This document shows positions 29,631 through 46,506 of a DNA stretch of 64,000 nucleotides, one piece after another. The stretch is taken from positions 116,870,001-116,934,000 of the forward strand of contig OZ024743.1 of assembly GCA_964016885.1 (NCBI GenBank). Direction: 5' to 3'. Made by a program: the position numbers and the translations under genes. Source of the stretch: Eledone cirrhosa. Lineage: Eukaryota. The notes beneath the pieces were generated by a model that was not told the origin of the DNA, searched no databases, and was given only the letters and a program-made list of their open reading frames with translations. Each line of letters begins with the position of its first letter. Position 1 is the first letter of the stretch.

Positions 29631-31186
29631 ACTAGAATTTTGAACATGTATTATACTATTACAAATAGGTTTTCCTGGGAGATTACTCCTACAATTTATT
29701 AGCTGCAGGCTCCAAAAGTTATTTCTCTTGAATCATGTATATTTTGCTTTGTTATTTTGCTTTGTTACCGATTTTCATTTCGGTAATGGACAGTTATATG
29801 TTGTTGTTTGTGCTAGGAGAGCGGTTCGTTTTAGACGTTATTGTTTAGGGTTTGGGAATAGGATTTGGATTAAACTTAGCTTTAGGGTTTGAATTTAGAG
29901 GTTAGGTTTTGTTAGGATTACAGTTTAGCGGTTGTTCTAGACAGGGTAGACTAGAATTGGGCATTGTTTTGGATTTCACCCACTGCAAGAGTTTGATGAT
30001 AATTTTCAGTATATAGTTGGGTGTTACTATTTATTTCTCTGATTTGTATTCAGCATTTATACTTATTTATATATTTAATTTATGTTAACAGCCATAATAG
30101 ACCTAACTCTGAATGTTCTAAATATGAAAGAGGATAACAATTTAGTAATGGTTCCGGTTCTAGTAAGTTAAATATTTAATTATTTCTGGCTTTAATATAC
30201 CATTTATTTTTTATCGTTTTATTCTGGTACATTTTTGTAACATTCAACATCAATGTTAGTGTGCATGAATTGTGATGTGGGGATTATATAGGAATCAGAT
30301 ATAGTGAACAGGAGAGAATACTGCATTTGTATGATCACATAAAGCATGTGTATGATGCTGGCTTTGTGTAGAAGTGTATATATACGTCTCAGTGGAAGAA
30401 GAAGATCGAGGAAAATCCGAGTTGAGAGGTAATTTTCAAAACGCTGAATCTCATAAAGGATATGATGAAAGAATGCATCAAGTTGACTGAAGGATGAAAC
30501 GAACGGGCATAACATAATGCAGAGAATTAAGCTTAATGTTGATGGTTGGAGCTTAGCGTAGTTGCTTGCTTTAAGTGAACTTAATTTTTGTTCGGATTAC
30601 TGGTTAGGGTAGGTGGTTATTCTTGACGTGGTAGTACTATAATCAAGATATGAATTTGATTTTTGATTAGGGCTAGAGTTTGGTTTTATGTCAGTGCTGA
30701 GTTGAAGAATAGGGATATAAGTTTTTATATTATGTTACCAGCTATTATAGATCTCAGCTCAACATATAATATATTATCTTTCTATATTATTTAATTTCTA
30801 ACACCAGTTTTAGTGTGCATGAACTATGAAGCGTGGATTAGCTAGTAATCAGATGCAATGCGCAGGAGAAGAGATTTCACTGCTATGGACACTTGATACA
30901 TATGGATGATGATTGTTGTGTGAAGAATTGCCATTAGCTTGAAGGTGAAGGACATTGTTGAAGAGAAAGGAAGACTGGAATGGTGAGACTTATTTCATAA
31001 TACTGACCAAACAAGGAGACGAAGAAAGAACAAAATAATTAGACGGAAGTTGTGTGGGAGAAGATTAATGTCAAATAACAATCAATTTGAACCATTGGAA
31101 TTTATATGAAGTGCTAGAAGTAAAAGCAGCTGTTAAAGATAGAATTAATATTTCTGCTTATTTTTAGAGTTAGGTTGTGTTAGGGT

Positions 31187-31935
31187 TTCTTCTTCTTCTT
31201 CTTCTTCTTCTTCTTCTTCTTCTTCTTCTTCTTCTTCTTCTTCTTCTTCTTCTTCTTCTTCTACGTCCACCTATTCCTGACAGGGTCGTGGGGGCGGAGG
31301 CAACCGTCTCCAACTGATCTGACTGGATCCCCAAGTGAAACCAGCTAAGCTCATGCATGTTATCCAACCATCTTACTCGGGTTCTATCCTTGTGTCTCCT
31401 GACGGTTGCTTTTGCGCGTAAAATATGTCCAGTGATTATTTCCTGAGACGCATGCCCATAGTATCGGACCTGCGATCTCTCAATTCGGAGAATTAGTGAT
31501 TCTACTTGGAGTAATACTCTGATTTCTGACCTGCGCACTCTATCGAATAACGTTACACCAAAGACCGTTTGGAGGTACCCCCATTTCGCCCGCTTGTATT
31601 TGTGATCGCATTGTTTCGCTCATGACCCAAATTTCCTGACCATAAAAAGTGTTGACACGAATACTGAATTGAAGATAGTGAGTTTGGATTTTGCTCCTAC
31701 CTCCCTTCTTCTGGTTACAGAATGATGAATCTGGCGCATTACTGCACCAGCTTCTGCAATTCTTGCACTGAATTCAGTCTCCTGCTTTCTATCGCTCATG
31801 AACAAAGCCCCGAGATACTTGCACTTCCCCACCTGCTTCAGTGGAACTCCAGGATTACATGAAAGGACGTGTCTCGATTTTCGCATCACTGATTTTCATT
31901 CCAGCGATGAAGCACTCGGCACCAAACCTATCATT
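31187..31935 (-). mobile_element. 5'-truncated Expander/Rex3-like RTE LINE with (GAA)n tail
   Basis: KQVGKCKYLG..RIAEAGAVMR, LRIERSQVRYYGH..RVRWLD; (AAG)n tail at 31187-31261. Confidence 0.8.
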
Positions 31936-32586
31936 ATTTCCCAGAACAGGATTAACATGGGCTAGAAGTGGTATAACAACTGTGTTTATTATTCTGATTT
32001 TGAAATTTTATTGCATGCGAACTGCTTATTCTAAAATGTATTTTGTATTGTTTCCGACCTGTGTTTTATTTTAGCCCCTCAATTCTTTTGATTAGGACAA
32101 ATGTTAAGCTTCTCACATTCCCTTAGTAGTTAGGGTTTATCGTCGGTGCTGGAGTTGCGCTTAAGAAGCTGCGGTTGGAGATAGATTAAACGGACAGTGT
32201 TCATCTGTTAGCTATTTTAGTTAAGGAATACGTGTTAGATTTAGAAATTAGGTTCAGTCTTCTTAGTTTGGTTGAGTTTAGCTTTAAATACACGTTTGTG
32301 CAGAGTCGTATATTATTATTGTTTCTACTTTTGGCACAAGACCAGCAATTATCTGTGCATTGCTGGTACCATATTGTGTTTATTGATTTTTAGAGACTCT
32401 CACCTTTTAAGGGAAACAACTTTAAACGTCTTACTCCGTATTCTACTTGAGTTATCCCCCTTTTATTATAATTGCAGACTAATTTTAATTCAATAGAAAT
32501 CACAGATTATAAAGCAATAACTGTTTTTTGCTGCATTAATTATTATTTGTCTCTGTTTGTGTGTGTGTGTACGTGCGCGCGCGCGC

Positions 32587-32793
<207 letters not shown>

Positions 32794-35249
32794 CGTGCGC
32801 GCGTGCGTGCGTGTGTGTGTGTGTGTGTGTGTGAATACAAAACACTATCATCTCCATACATCATGCCAATTAAATTTTTAAGGGAATTTACTGCTACAAT
32901 TTTTAACTGTATTCTTTGCACCTAGGATATATATATTTATATTACTAAATTTGATTTCATGCTTGGGCAATTACATATCTTATTATTAGGGCTACGACAG
33001 CGGATGACATTGGAGGTTAGTTTAGGATCAGCTTTTTCGTTTGTTGGTGTTTGCTGTTAAGGTTAGAAATTATTAGAGACCTGACACAGAATTTAATTTT
33101 TGGCATGGGAGATTATATTTATTACGGTTATTGATAGGATATCGGAGGGTCTGGTTTTTGCTGCTTTAAAGTTAGCATTAAAGTTCATCGTCTTGATAGG
33201 TGTTGAAGTTAGTGTTGTTTGAAGATTGAATTAAAGGGATAGCTGTTAAGTTTAGAGTCAGTGTAATGTGCTTGCCTTTACGTTTAGAGTTGAATTGAGG
33301 GTTGAGCTAGGGTTTCTTACTCTGATGATGTTGTTCTTTTTTGTATGCGGTTCTTTTTGAAATTGTATTTTGTATTGATTTGAAACTGTATGTTTTGGTT
33401 CAGCGTCTCATTTATTTTCATTGGAATTAAGAGTTAAATTTGGGCAAGGGCTAGGGTTAGTGGTAGTTGTTGCTTTAGGGGGTCAGGGTTGGTAACTGTG
33501 TTGCGGTTAGTGATTACAGTTAGAATTAATTTAGCCGTTTTAATATAGGAAATCTGGGTTGGGGTTAGAGTCAATTGAGCGAGTTTAGATGTTAGCTATT
33601 ATGGTTAAAAATACGTGTTAGATTTAATAGTTAGGTTTAGTCTTCTGATTTTGTTTAGGTTAAGAGTATATTTTTCGGCTGCTTTTATTAGTAATTTGGT
33701 TAGTATTATGGTTGTGTGTGTGTTTATGTGTGTACGACAAACTACAATTGTATTCATTCAGCACAACAATTATGTTTTAAAGGGACTATACTGCTCCATT
33801 GTATATTGAATACATAGTCCTTGATATTACTGGTTAAGGATAGGACAGCGTAAGGCTTCATGGTGGTTGGGGATTGGTCTCTGATAGCTCTCTAGCCTGT
33901 AAACTAGAGTAATGACTATTTATATTTTATAACATAGTTGATTAATCTTATGCTTGTCGGTGTTTATGTGTATCTGGCGGTATAATACAATCTACATTTG
34001 TATTCAGGCACCATGACGATTAAACTTAAAAGGAAACTTACTCCTACAATTTTTCAGCTATATGATATTACGGAATTTTATTTGATGCATTGGCAATTAC
34101 ATAAGTTAAAGTTAGGGTTAGTGTCAGAACAATGGACGAATTTAGGGGTTAGAGTTTAAGTGTAAGGTTGAGTTACGGTTTTATTTTACGGGTTGGATGT
34201 TAATGTTTAGCTTTAGTGAAAGTGTTAATTATTCTGAAATTGTTTCATTATTCTGTTAATTATTTAATTATTAATTCTGTTAATTAATTGTTAATTATTC
34301 TGAAATTGCTGGTTTGTTAGAACAGCTGTTAAAACAACTAAATGCTTTCAAAGACAGAGGTGGGCAAACATGCCTCAGAGGACTAGTTCTCAACAGATAG
34401 ACAATCCACAATTTTGGTGACAGGCAGATGAAATATAGAAAAAATGAAAGAAGACGAGGATAACGAGAAGTGTATTGTTACTAGAAGAGGAAATAAAGTT
34501 TACACACACACACATCTTCCCCCTCATCAGCTCTCACACCAGCAAAATAGTTTCGCGCAATTTAATCTGACCTGCTATGATCTCGCCGACATCATAAAGT
34601 ATGGCTTGGATGCCGGTGCTTCCCTATTAGCCCGAGCCTAAGTCGGTGGACTGACTGTATAGTAAAAAGAAAGACGGCATGACAATGTTGATGTTCCGCT
34701 TAGGTAAGCCCCTCAACTGGGATGTTACATACTGAGACACCTTGACCGGGGCAACTTGGTACACTCGGCGACTAGCCCAGAGTTCACTGCTGCTCCAATA
34801 GTTTTGTGGTTGTGTAATATCTTCTCTAGTCTGTCCCATGGGACAACGAGATCTTCGAACACTTAAAATTATTTTTTCCTTCTTCATTTACATTATGTTT
34901 ATGACAAGTTGACTAATTAAAATAATTATATGAATAACGAAGAAAATAAACAAAAGATAGATACATGTGTGTTATGTTGTTAAAGATCAAGAATATTACT
35001 ACGGAAGGGAAATAAATTATCATAGACATGATATAGTTTCCTTCCTGAAAAAGAATATTTTAATCCCAAAACTAATAACACTACTAGTGCATATATATAT
35101 ACGTCAATACTCATCTTTTTCCATTTCTCCGAGGGTTCTTAACCCCACTATCAGGCTAAATAATTTCTTTAGTTTCTTTAGTCAAAATACGGCGATAGCT
35201 TACATTTATAATAATTTCAACTCGCTCGCTGATTCTAAAATATTAGTAC

Positions 35250-35301
<52 letters not shown>

Positions 35302-35334
35302 TATATATATCACCTTGATCACCTTGACCGACCA

Positions 35335-36412
35335 GTCTGCTTGGGTAGTCTATAGTAACTCTAATACTCTGGTGGATGGAGTTAGCTATTTGCTGGATGC
35401 TTTCCATGGTGTTTTTCTCTACTTCCTGACTGTTTTCTAGTGGGGGTGTTTTTACTACGATGTTTATATCATCAACGTAGCGGGAGTACATTATCAGGGT
35501 TATGAGGTTGCTGTCTTTTAATTGTTCTTTAAGTTTAAGTTTAAGTCTATTGTCCCACCATACAATGAATAGGTCAGCTATGTCACATGCAATGCTAACA
35601 CCAATGGCTGCTCCCTCCTCTTGGGCATATGTTTTTCCATTAAAGTTGAACATATGTTCCTTAAGGGTTAATTTTATACTGGCCCCCACCGCATGTGCAA
35701 TCATTTTCTTAATGATACAAATGGGACCTGCCTCTTGTATAGAACATTTTGGAATAGAATAGAAAGAACTAGGAATAAGGCTAATAGAATAAACTCATGG
35801 TATGATAGCAATAAATACCAGAGTGTAATGTTGATCGATACAACCCCTAGAAGTGAATTAGCTTACAAATTTAGAAGCGCCCTAGATAAACATAAACTGA
35901 ATATTAAGATAGTAGAAAGACCAGATGCCTCCATAAAAAACTTATTAGCAATACGTACCCTTTTCACAGAACTCCCTGTATAGATGAGAAATGTATAATC
36001 TGTAAACTAAGTCCCCATATTAACTGTAAAACTAGAAATGTGGTATATAGCATAAGATGTACTGAAGGACAATGTAAGGATGAGAATATAGTGTACATAG
36101 GTGAGACAGCTCGTAGTATGGGGAACGGGTAAATGAACACTGGCGAGAGCTTAAAGATAGTAAATAATCATCTGTACTCCACCAACATGCTAAAACAGAA
36201 CATAAGGGTAAATTAGAGAACATCGAAATAAAAATAGAATCTACAAACAAAAGAGACGCAATCTTTAGACAAATCACAGAGGCAATAAACATAAATGAAC
36301 TCCAACCAAAATTAAATAGAAAACATGAATGGAACAGCAACATCGCAACTTACAATTAAGGACAAATTGAAAACACACACACACATACAACAAACAACCA
36401 ACCAGTAACATG

Positions 36413-36443
<31 letters not shown>

Positions 36444-36785
36444 ACAAAATATAAACACACACAGACACCCTGATGTAACACATGCGCAAACTAAGTACAC
36501 AACACACACTAAAACAAGATGGCGTAGGACAGAACAAAGGAGGGGCACAAAAACAAAGAAAATAATCCCCCGTCACTGAAGAGGTCACAAAATGTGTGAC
36601 GAAAGAACTTTGACAATATATGAACAATCGTCTGGTTGTGAAACCACCAACCAACCGGAAATTTATAAATTCCTAAATTTATAAATTTAATTTATAGTAA
36701 ATTGAAGTGAAAGCACCTTGTGCTTGTGTTTCTTATTTTAAACATGACCCCCCCCCCACACCCCCACACCCCAAACCATAACAAT
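35335..36785. mobile_element. Penelope-like retroelement, 5'-inverted: RT fragment on minus, GIY-YIG and pLTR on plus
   Basis: Minus 35340-35704: FNFNGKTYAQEEGAAIG..RYVDDI; plus 36001-36350: CKTRNVVYSIRC..VYIGETARS..EH..EAINI..PKLN (frameshifted); then pLTR with hammerhead. Confidence 0.9.
36572..36614 (+). ncRNA. Minimal type-I hammerhead in Penelope pLTR
   Basis: GTCA-CTGAAGA-g-GTCACA-aaatg-TGTGAC-GAAA-GAAC-TT-TGAC. Confidence 0.75.
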
Positions 36786-37159
36786 ATATATATATATATA
36801 TATATATTTATTTATTTAGAAAGTGAATAACACAATATATAATTACATCAGATAACATTAATATACATCTGGGTCGTTCATCAGACAGAGATGCTATGAA
36901 TAGAAAATGCACTGAAAGCTCTAAAGGGAGGTTACTCTTGTTTTAATTCTTTTTGGTTGTCTCCCCTGAAATATATCTGGCGATAATCATTTTATGATAT
37001 TAAGTAGTTCGCTTCTTACGTTTACGGTTCGCGTTTCGATTCAAATCTATGGCACCTTGAGTGCACATCTTCCACGGTAACATCTGCTTGCGCATGTGTG
37101 CGTATTTGTCTTTGTGACTGTGCATTTTACTTATGTACTATTTGTACGTAGAATATATA

Positions 37160-37351
37160 TAGGTGTTTCGGATGAAAAGTCCATAGGCTGACCAAGACAC
37201 CCTCATGGAATGGCCAAATGAGGTTTATTTTTTAAGATGGTCCCTGGGAAGAAACAATGCGGTTATTAATAGAAAGGGTTGAAATTAATTCATGCAAGAT
37301 TTCATACTCTCCTTCATAATCAACCGATGAATTTTTCAGCCAACCATCGTA
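37160..37351. mobile_element. Mariner-derived MITE
   Basis: Imperfect TIRs GGATGAAAAGTCCATAGGCTGA / TCAACCGATGAATTTTTCAGCC, related to the element at 22675; TA flanks. Confidence 0.65.
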
Positions 37352-37377
37352 TAACATATTAAATTTATGGTATATAT

Positions 37378-37454
<77 letters not shown>

Positions 37455-37468
37455 TGTATATGTATATA

Positions 37469-37902
37469 TTACCAATGGTACCCGGCGTTGCACGGGAAAA
37501 GGTATTTTGGAACGCGGGTCGCCAGCAGAGCTAATCGTGGGAAAACTGCATACCTGGACTATATGTAAAGAAAATAAACCGAATACTCTGATGGCTGGAT
37601 AATCTTTAAGATTTTCCTCGATTAAGCAGGAAAAATGCATGTTTTCACCTAGGGCATCATAAAATCATTTTTTTTTATGTACATAATATGCCTTGAAATT
37701 TCGGGAAAATCGGCTAGACGTAACGCCTCCAAAAAGCCCTAAAAAGCTGGACAAATGAAGTTTTTCACCTAATGCGGGCCCTATGAGATCAAAAAGTTGA
37801 ATTTTTTATGTGCATAACACTCGCTGAAACATAATACAAAGTAATACACATGTAAAGTTTGACAAAATCGGTTGGGTACTTCTCGAGCTTTAGGGATTCA
37901 AA

Positions 37903-37957
<55 letters not shown>

Positions 37958-38260
37958 CCTCAGGGAAGTGACGTAATGCAGACAGGCATACATACAGACA
38001 GATATTATAAGGGCGCGACGTTATATGTATGTATCTATCTAAAAATAGAAAGACTAAGAATTATAGAGAGAGATCGCTAAATCGCCTAATGCGGTCCCTA
38101 GGGCATTGAAAATTTGAAATTTGTTTTACTCAGAACACTTCCTGAAACATAAGTATTACATGTGTAAAGTTTGAAAATAGTCGATTGGGTGCTTCTCGAG
38201 TTTTAGAGATTCAAACTCACACACACACAGACAGATATACGCCGTTTCATCTATATAGAT
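37469..38260 (+). mobile_element. Helentron/HINE (DINE-1/Lep1-like) non-autonomous element with internal tandem units
   Basis: 5' ACCCGGCGTTGCACGGG; repeated units AAAGTTTG..AATCGG..TTCTCGAG..ACACAC; end CAGACAGA..TTTCATCTATATAGAT. Confidence 0.6.
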
Positions 38261-38495
38261 GTGTGTGTGTGTGTGTGTGCGTATGTGTGCGTGTGTGTGT
38301 GTGTGCTGCTGGGTAAAATTCTCTTACTATGGGGAGCATTATTTTAAGTGCTCAGTGCTATCCCATGAATTGGATATTTCATGACGAATGGGTGCATTCG
38401 TACCGTAATATGCAGAGTGATATTTTGAATAAGCTAACACGAAGTTTCAGTTTAAAGAATTTCATACATTATCACGTCCTTTCTTAATTTATATA

Positions 38496-40719
<2,224 letters not shown>

Positions 40720-40720
<1 letters not shown>

Positions 40721-41096
40721 AATGAAAATAGCCCAATAGTGGACAACCATGAGTGGCTAGAAATACCGATGACGTGTACAATTCTTGACCACTGATGGAA
40801 TGACAACAACAGGTTCTAAGCCGACAGGCGAAGGATATCGATGTAAAAGGAAATTTGGAGAATCTGCTTCGTAGAATCAAGACGTATCTGAGGACCTTGC
40901 GATTTTCAGAGTCAGGTTCGATCATCACATCGATCGTGCTTCGAGCTGGTCGCCAGAGAAACGATTGTAATATGTCTAATAAATTCTATTCGTCGCAACA
41001 CTGATTCTCTTTCTTTTTGTGATATCATACTCTGCCCTGTGAGAGCATCAGATGCTCAAACGGCCTACCGCATACGGACGCTCTAAACATCTAACA
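40720..41096 (+). mobile_element. Possible solo LTR fragment
   Basis: Higher-GC island with AATAAA (40978) ending in ..AACA; no TSD verified. Confidence 0.25.
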
Positions 41097-41101
41097 CCAA
41101 T

Positions 41102-41211
<110 letters not shown>

Positions 41212-41520
41212 TGTGTGTGTTTGTGTGTGTGTGTGCGTGTGCTGCTGGGTAACATTATTTTACTATGGGGAGCACTAGTTTAAGTGCTCAGTGCTATTGC
41301 ATATATAGCATGTTTCATGACGAATGGTTGCATTCGCACAGTAATATACAAAGTGATATTTTGAGTAAGATAACACGAAGCTTCAGTTTAACACATTTTA
41401 TACATAATCACGCTCTTTCTTACTTTATATATATATAATACGTGAATTTGTATGTCTGGCGTTATACAGCATGTTTATGAATAAACATTTCGAAAGTCTT
41501 CAGCTATGTATTTGAAAAGT

Positions 41521-41624
<104 letters not shown>

Positions 41625-42495
41625 CAGCGATATTCGTATTTCAGCTAGAGTCGAAAACAAAACGAAACGCAATATCCGATTTATGCTGGCAAGCGCTCAA
41701 TGGACCAACTAGAGACCAGAGCAATAAACATAGGTTATAAAAGCCAAACAAAGTGAGATGGTGGTCAAGAAGCCATCAACCACCTAAGCCAAAATGACGA
41801 GGCAAGCTAAACAGGTCAAACAAAATAAATGAAATATTTATCCGGACCCAGTGGAAATGATGGTATAATCCAGTATAGGGTTTCTGCGACACCTAAATCA
41901 ATTATACTGCCTGCTTTAAATAATAAGCTTTTGGTATAATGATCGAATAAAGCTGTCACTTCGTCAATAGGTATTTTGTTCTACGCCAGCGTTCAGAATC
42001 ATACAGTGGCATGTAGTGGTAAAACCATTTGTGTAACTCTTCAAGGGAGCAAACCCCAGATTTTGGCAGATGAATTCAGTAAGTGTAAAATTAATGCAAT
42101 AATTGCAAAAACTGCACAAAACGAATTAAGCTCTCAACCGGGTAGGTTTTAAAATAAACTTAAGCAGTTAATCAGTCAATAGAATTATCTAAAACGATTA
42201 ACTGGTTAATTGTTAGACTCGGGATATATATATATATATACCTTCGGGTAGACAGGAAGCACTGGACGCCCTTACTCCATAAATCTCTCATATGTAGTTC
42301 CAAGTGCCATTCTCTGGTAAACCACTTCAGATGGCGGACTAAACCCTGTGAGTAGGTGGTGTTAACACGCGTTAGAAGGCTAAGGTAGCTTTTGAAAGTA
42401 TAAACAAATTAACTCGAAAATTGAGTTTTACAGGCCAGCTCTACAGACGCCAATATACTTCCTTTCTCGCGACTACTTGGGTCGGTCAGTCGCAG

Positions 42496-42557
<62 letters not shown>

Positions 42558-43751
42558 ACCTGTCCCAACATAAACAATATATGAACAAGTATATTTGCTT
42601 CTCCGTTACGAGCCTGCTATTCTCCGCCGTAATCTCATTAATTCGTCGAAATGGCGGAGGTTGAGATCTGACGAGCATATTTTAATGTTTGTGACCTGTT
42701 CGCTTTCATCCATTCTTTCTGCTCCTTCCTATCTTCTCTTTCTTCCTTCCTTCAAGTCAACTCACATCTAGCCGCTGATCTCTGTCCTTCGAGGTAATAT
42801 TTTACCCAACGCCGCTTCGACGGTATTTTGCTGATCTGACAGCTTCCATACGCCGAGTTTTACCATTTTCCTGTGAATCCTAATACACTCGCATCTCAAA
42901 ACTCTATTTTCGAGTTAACTGCACCACCATAATATTCTAATAGAAGTCTTATATCTACAATATTCATGCAGGTAATCCATTACAGAACTATCAGTATTAT
43001 TTGCACGCGATCACCCCTATCCCCACCCCGGAACACACATAGGTACCCATGACAAACATAGGCCCACTTCATTGCATAACAAATTCATAGTAATCATCCA
43101 CACAAGTTATTTCACTATAAATACAAGAAACATCCTCACCACCACCCACAATCAACCGCTCATACGCACATCTGTAATCAGATAGAAACACACATACAAG
43201 TTCAATACGTAGCTAGTATACACACACGTAGATTAAATTATTTTAAGTGCTTAGCACAACAAACAGCAACAGTTGGAATGGCTCCTCCAGCGCATCTTCC
43301 TTACCGTCCTCCGGGGAAACGCCTTCTCCATTCTATCCGCCGGGGTCGTGGGGCGGCCAGCACGTGGGTCCCCATTTGCTCATAGTAGTGAGACATGGGA
43401 AGGATTATAGTGATGGAGGCGATGACAGTGGGAGTTCGGCTCCTCTGTGGTCGGATCTAGTGTACGTATATGGGCATGCTTACTGTCCTCAGTGGTCTAT
43501 CCATAATATTCAAATCCTGTACATTTAATAATTAATTCTATTTTGAAGATTTGTGATATCTTAATTGCTCTCTCTTAATATTTAAACATGGTAATTTCAT
43601 CCCTCGCCCTGAGCCCATCTGATGATATAAAATATTTAAACAAACTTCAAACAACTTCAAAATTGTTATGATACGAGGTACGGGCGATTTGTGTTGTTGG
43701 TGACAGGTGTGCTGGCCCCTGTATGGCCCCTAGCCTTCTTTGCTTTCGGGT

Positions 43752-43880
<129 letters not shown>

Positions 43881-44299
43881 CACGAATATATATATATATA
43901 TATATATATATACAAAATATTAAAACAATCAAATCTTAGTTTAATACATTTATTTTTGCTGACAATTGTTTCTTCCAAAGGGATGTCTCGAATCATCAGA
44001 GCATAGGGAATGTTTAAGCAGGTCATTAAAATCCTAGTCTTCATAACATTTAGGTAGATACATAACTGTTGTCAGTGTCATTGACATCATATAGAAAATC
44101 GGGAATTAAAAAATAATGTTATGCTTCAGAAAAGACAATTACAAGGAGCAATGGTGAAAAGTGAAAAATAAGCATATTATATATAAAGGTATTGTTTAAG
44201 GTAATACATTTTCAAAAGGTACAAGCAAAAAAAGGTACAAGCAAAAAAAAGATGTAAGATAGGATAGATAAAATATATAATAGCATTGGAAATCAGGTA

Positions 44300-45941
44300 A
44301 TGTTAAGGGTATATATAATCACTTATATTATATGAAGAATTGTGGTTGTAAGTATTTTTATCTTATTACATTACGATAGGTTATATGTATATAAATATAT
44401 GTATTAATAAATTGCGTATGTATTAGTTGTTTATCTATCAAATATGAGTTACGAAGGAAGTTGAATTTGTATTTTACTTAAAAAAATAGGTGGTTCAAGT
44501 TGTGAGAGTAGAACAATTTGTGGATTAAAAAATTTCTGGATTAAGAAATGTTGTTCAACATTGAAAATGTTTTCAGAGTACTGTTAATTTAGTGAAGCTA
44601 AACAGATTATCAAACATAATGTTTATGTTTGCACGATTGAGAAAGGAAAGATAACTCCAATTTTGTTTGTTAACCATTAAATTAAAGAAAATTATATATT
44701 ATTTTATGTGAGATCTATTATTTTAGTAGAAAGATGTGTGAATGTTTGAATAACAAAAAGAGAGGAAAAATGTAATGTGTTTTTCGAAGAACTATCGTAA
44801 AGAGGATACATTTTTCAGAATGTCATTTAAAGATTATCAATCTACATCTAAAAATATATTTATAGAGGTGTCCTTACAAAATAATGTCGGAATTAAAAAT
44901 AATGTCAGAATTAAAATAATGTAGGAAATTAAAATATTAAATATATATATTTAAAACATTATAAATATTAGAGATATTAAAAAATTCATGAAATATTAAA
45001 AATATTAAAAATATTAAAAAATATTAAAAAATATTAAAAATATTAAAAATATTAAAAAATATTAAAAAATATTAAAAATATTAAAAATATTAACACATTT
45101 ACATTTAAATAAAAAAAAAATAGGATCATTTTGAAGGTGTATAGCAATATAAATTAAAAATACTTCTGAACGTGGAATTTTGGCGATGTTTGCAAGAAGA
45201 AAATAATTCTGTGCTGAGATTAACCACGTATTTTTTAAGTAAAATATAAATTCAACATCCTTTCTAACTCATATTTGATATATAAACAACTAATAAATAC
45301 GCAATTTATTAATACATATATAGATATTTATATACATATAACCTATCGTAATGTAATAAGATAAAAATACTTACAACCATAATTCTTTTGTATTAGTAAT
45401 AAGATAAAAATACTTACAACCATAATTCTTCATATAATATAATTGATTATATATACAATATTATAACTCATAATATAGATAAATAAATCTTTTCCCCCAA
45501 ATTAACGTAAATGTTAGCTCTTCTTCCTTTCTCTTCTTTCCTACGCTTACAATAACTTATCATAATTATTTTAATTTTTCATAGCGTCTAAAATAACGTT
45601 TTTATCAGCCCTTTTACCTAAACCTCATTTGCATACTCATCTTAATAATTTGAAATATCTGACTTTTCTTCACTATCCAAGGATAACTTGAACCGTTAAG
45701 GTATATTCTCCTCGGTTATGTCAAAATTTATAAAACACACTTCGTATTTTATTTGATGATAGAGTACCAAAATGTTGGTACCCTTGAAATATATATAATA
45801 GAATAAATATGGTTTTATAAATATAGTTTCCATTTATTTAATATCATTGTATATTATACTCCAGAAAACATGTTGCGTGCTCTGAATCAGTTATAAACAC
45901 TTATATTTGTTGAAATACCAACAAATTGAATATCGCTTCTG

Positions 45942-45945
<4 letters not shown>
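44300..45945 (+). mobile_element. Rearranged PLE remnant ending in a pLTR at (TA)n
   Basis: Inverted repeat 44310-44485/45235-45455; CFINFDI RT-like remnant on minus near 45720; pLTR homologous to 3111-3310. Confidence 0.55.
45745..45805 (+). ncRNA. Minimal hammerhead, C3 to T variant
   Basis: TATTTTAT-TTGATGA-t-AGAGTACCAA-aatg-TTGGTACCCT-t-GAAA-TATATA-TA-ATAGAATA. Confidence 0.6.
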
Positions 45946-46017
<72 letters not shown>

Positions 46018-46306
46018 CCTGCCATTGAACCACATTGGCATATGTTTGGACAATACATGTGTCCCTTAGCGCCTTGTGCGTGTAGGAACATATACTCTAT
46101 TATTACTAATCTCCTATTGGTTGAGAAAAAAAATTGGTCGCTCTGACAGCGGGAGCCGATTGACCTCCCTGCCTCTGCCTCTATCTTTACACACGGCACT
46201 TGAAAGAATTGATTCCACCTCATTTTCTCTCATCTCGGGAACAATTTTGAATAGCGCCAGTTCGTAATTTGAACTCGGGAATTTTATATTCTCCGAGTGA
46301 AAAGAT

Positions 46307-46388
46307 CATTCTGACGAGAGTTTATCTTTGCAACGGATGCCGTATGGACTCCGTTTATTTTTGAGACTCGAAACCGATTCGGTAAAAG
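46307..46388 (+). ncRNA. Type-I hammerhead with long stem II in a solo pLTR (46015-46450) between (TA)n
   Basis: CTGACGA-GAGTTT...AGACTC-GAAA-CCGATTCGG-TA; stem I weak (CATT/AAAG). Confidence 0.65.
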
Positions 46389-46447
46389 TAAGTAAAGTTA
46401 ATTTTTTAAAATTTATTTTGAAACTTTTTCTTATTTGCTAAACCTTG

Positions 46448-46506
<59 letters not shown>

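Noticed and set aside
29840-29930. Interstitial telomere array
   Set aside because: No run of exact TTAGGG; too degenerate
43612-43690. CTGATGA with possible GCCCAT/ACGGGC stem as a hammerhead
   Set aside because: GAAA absent and stem II unconvincing; at best a decayed relic
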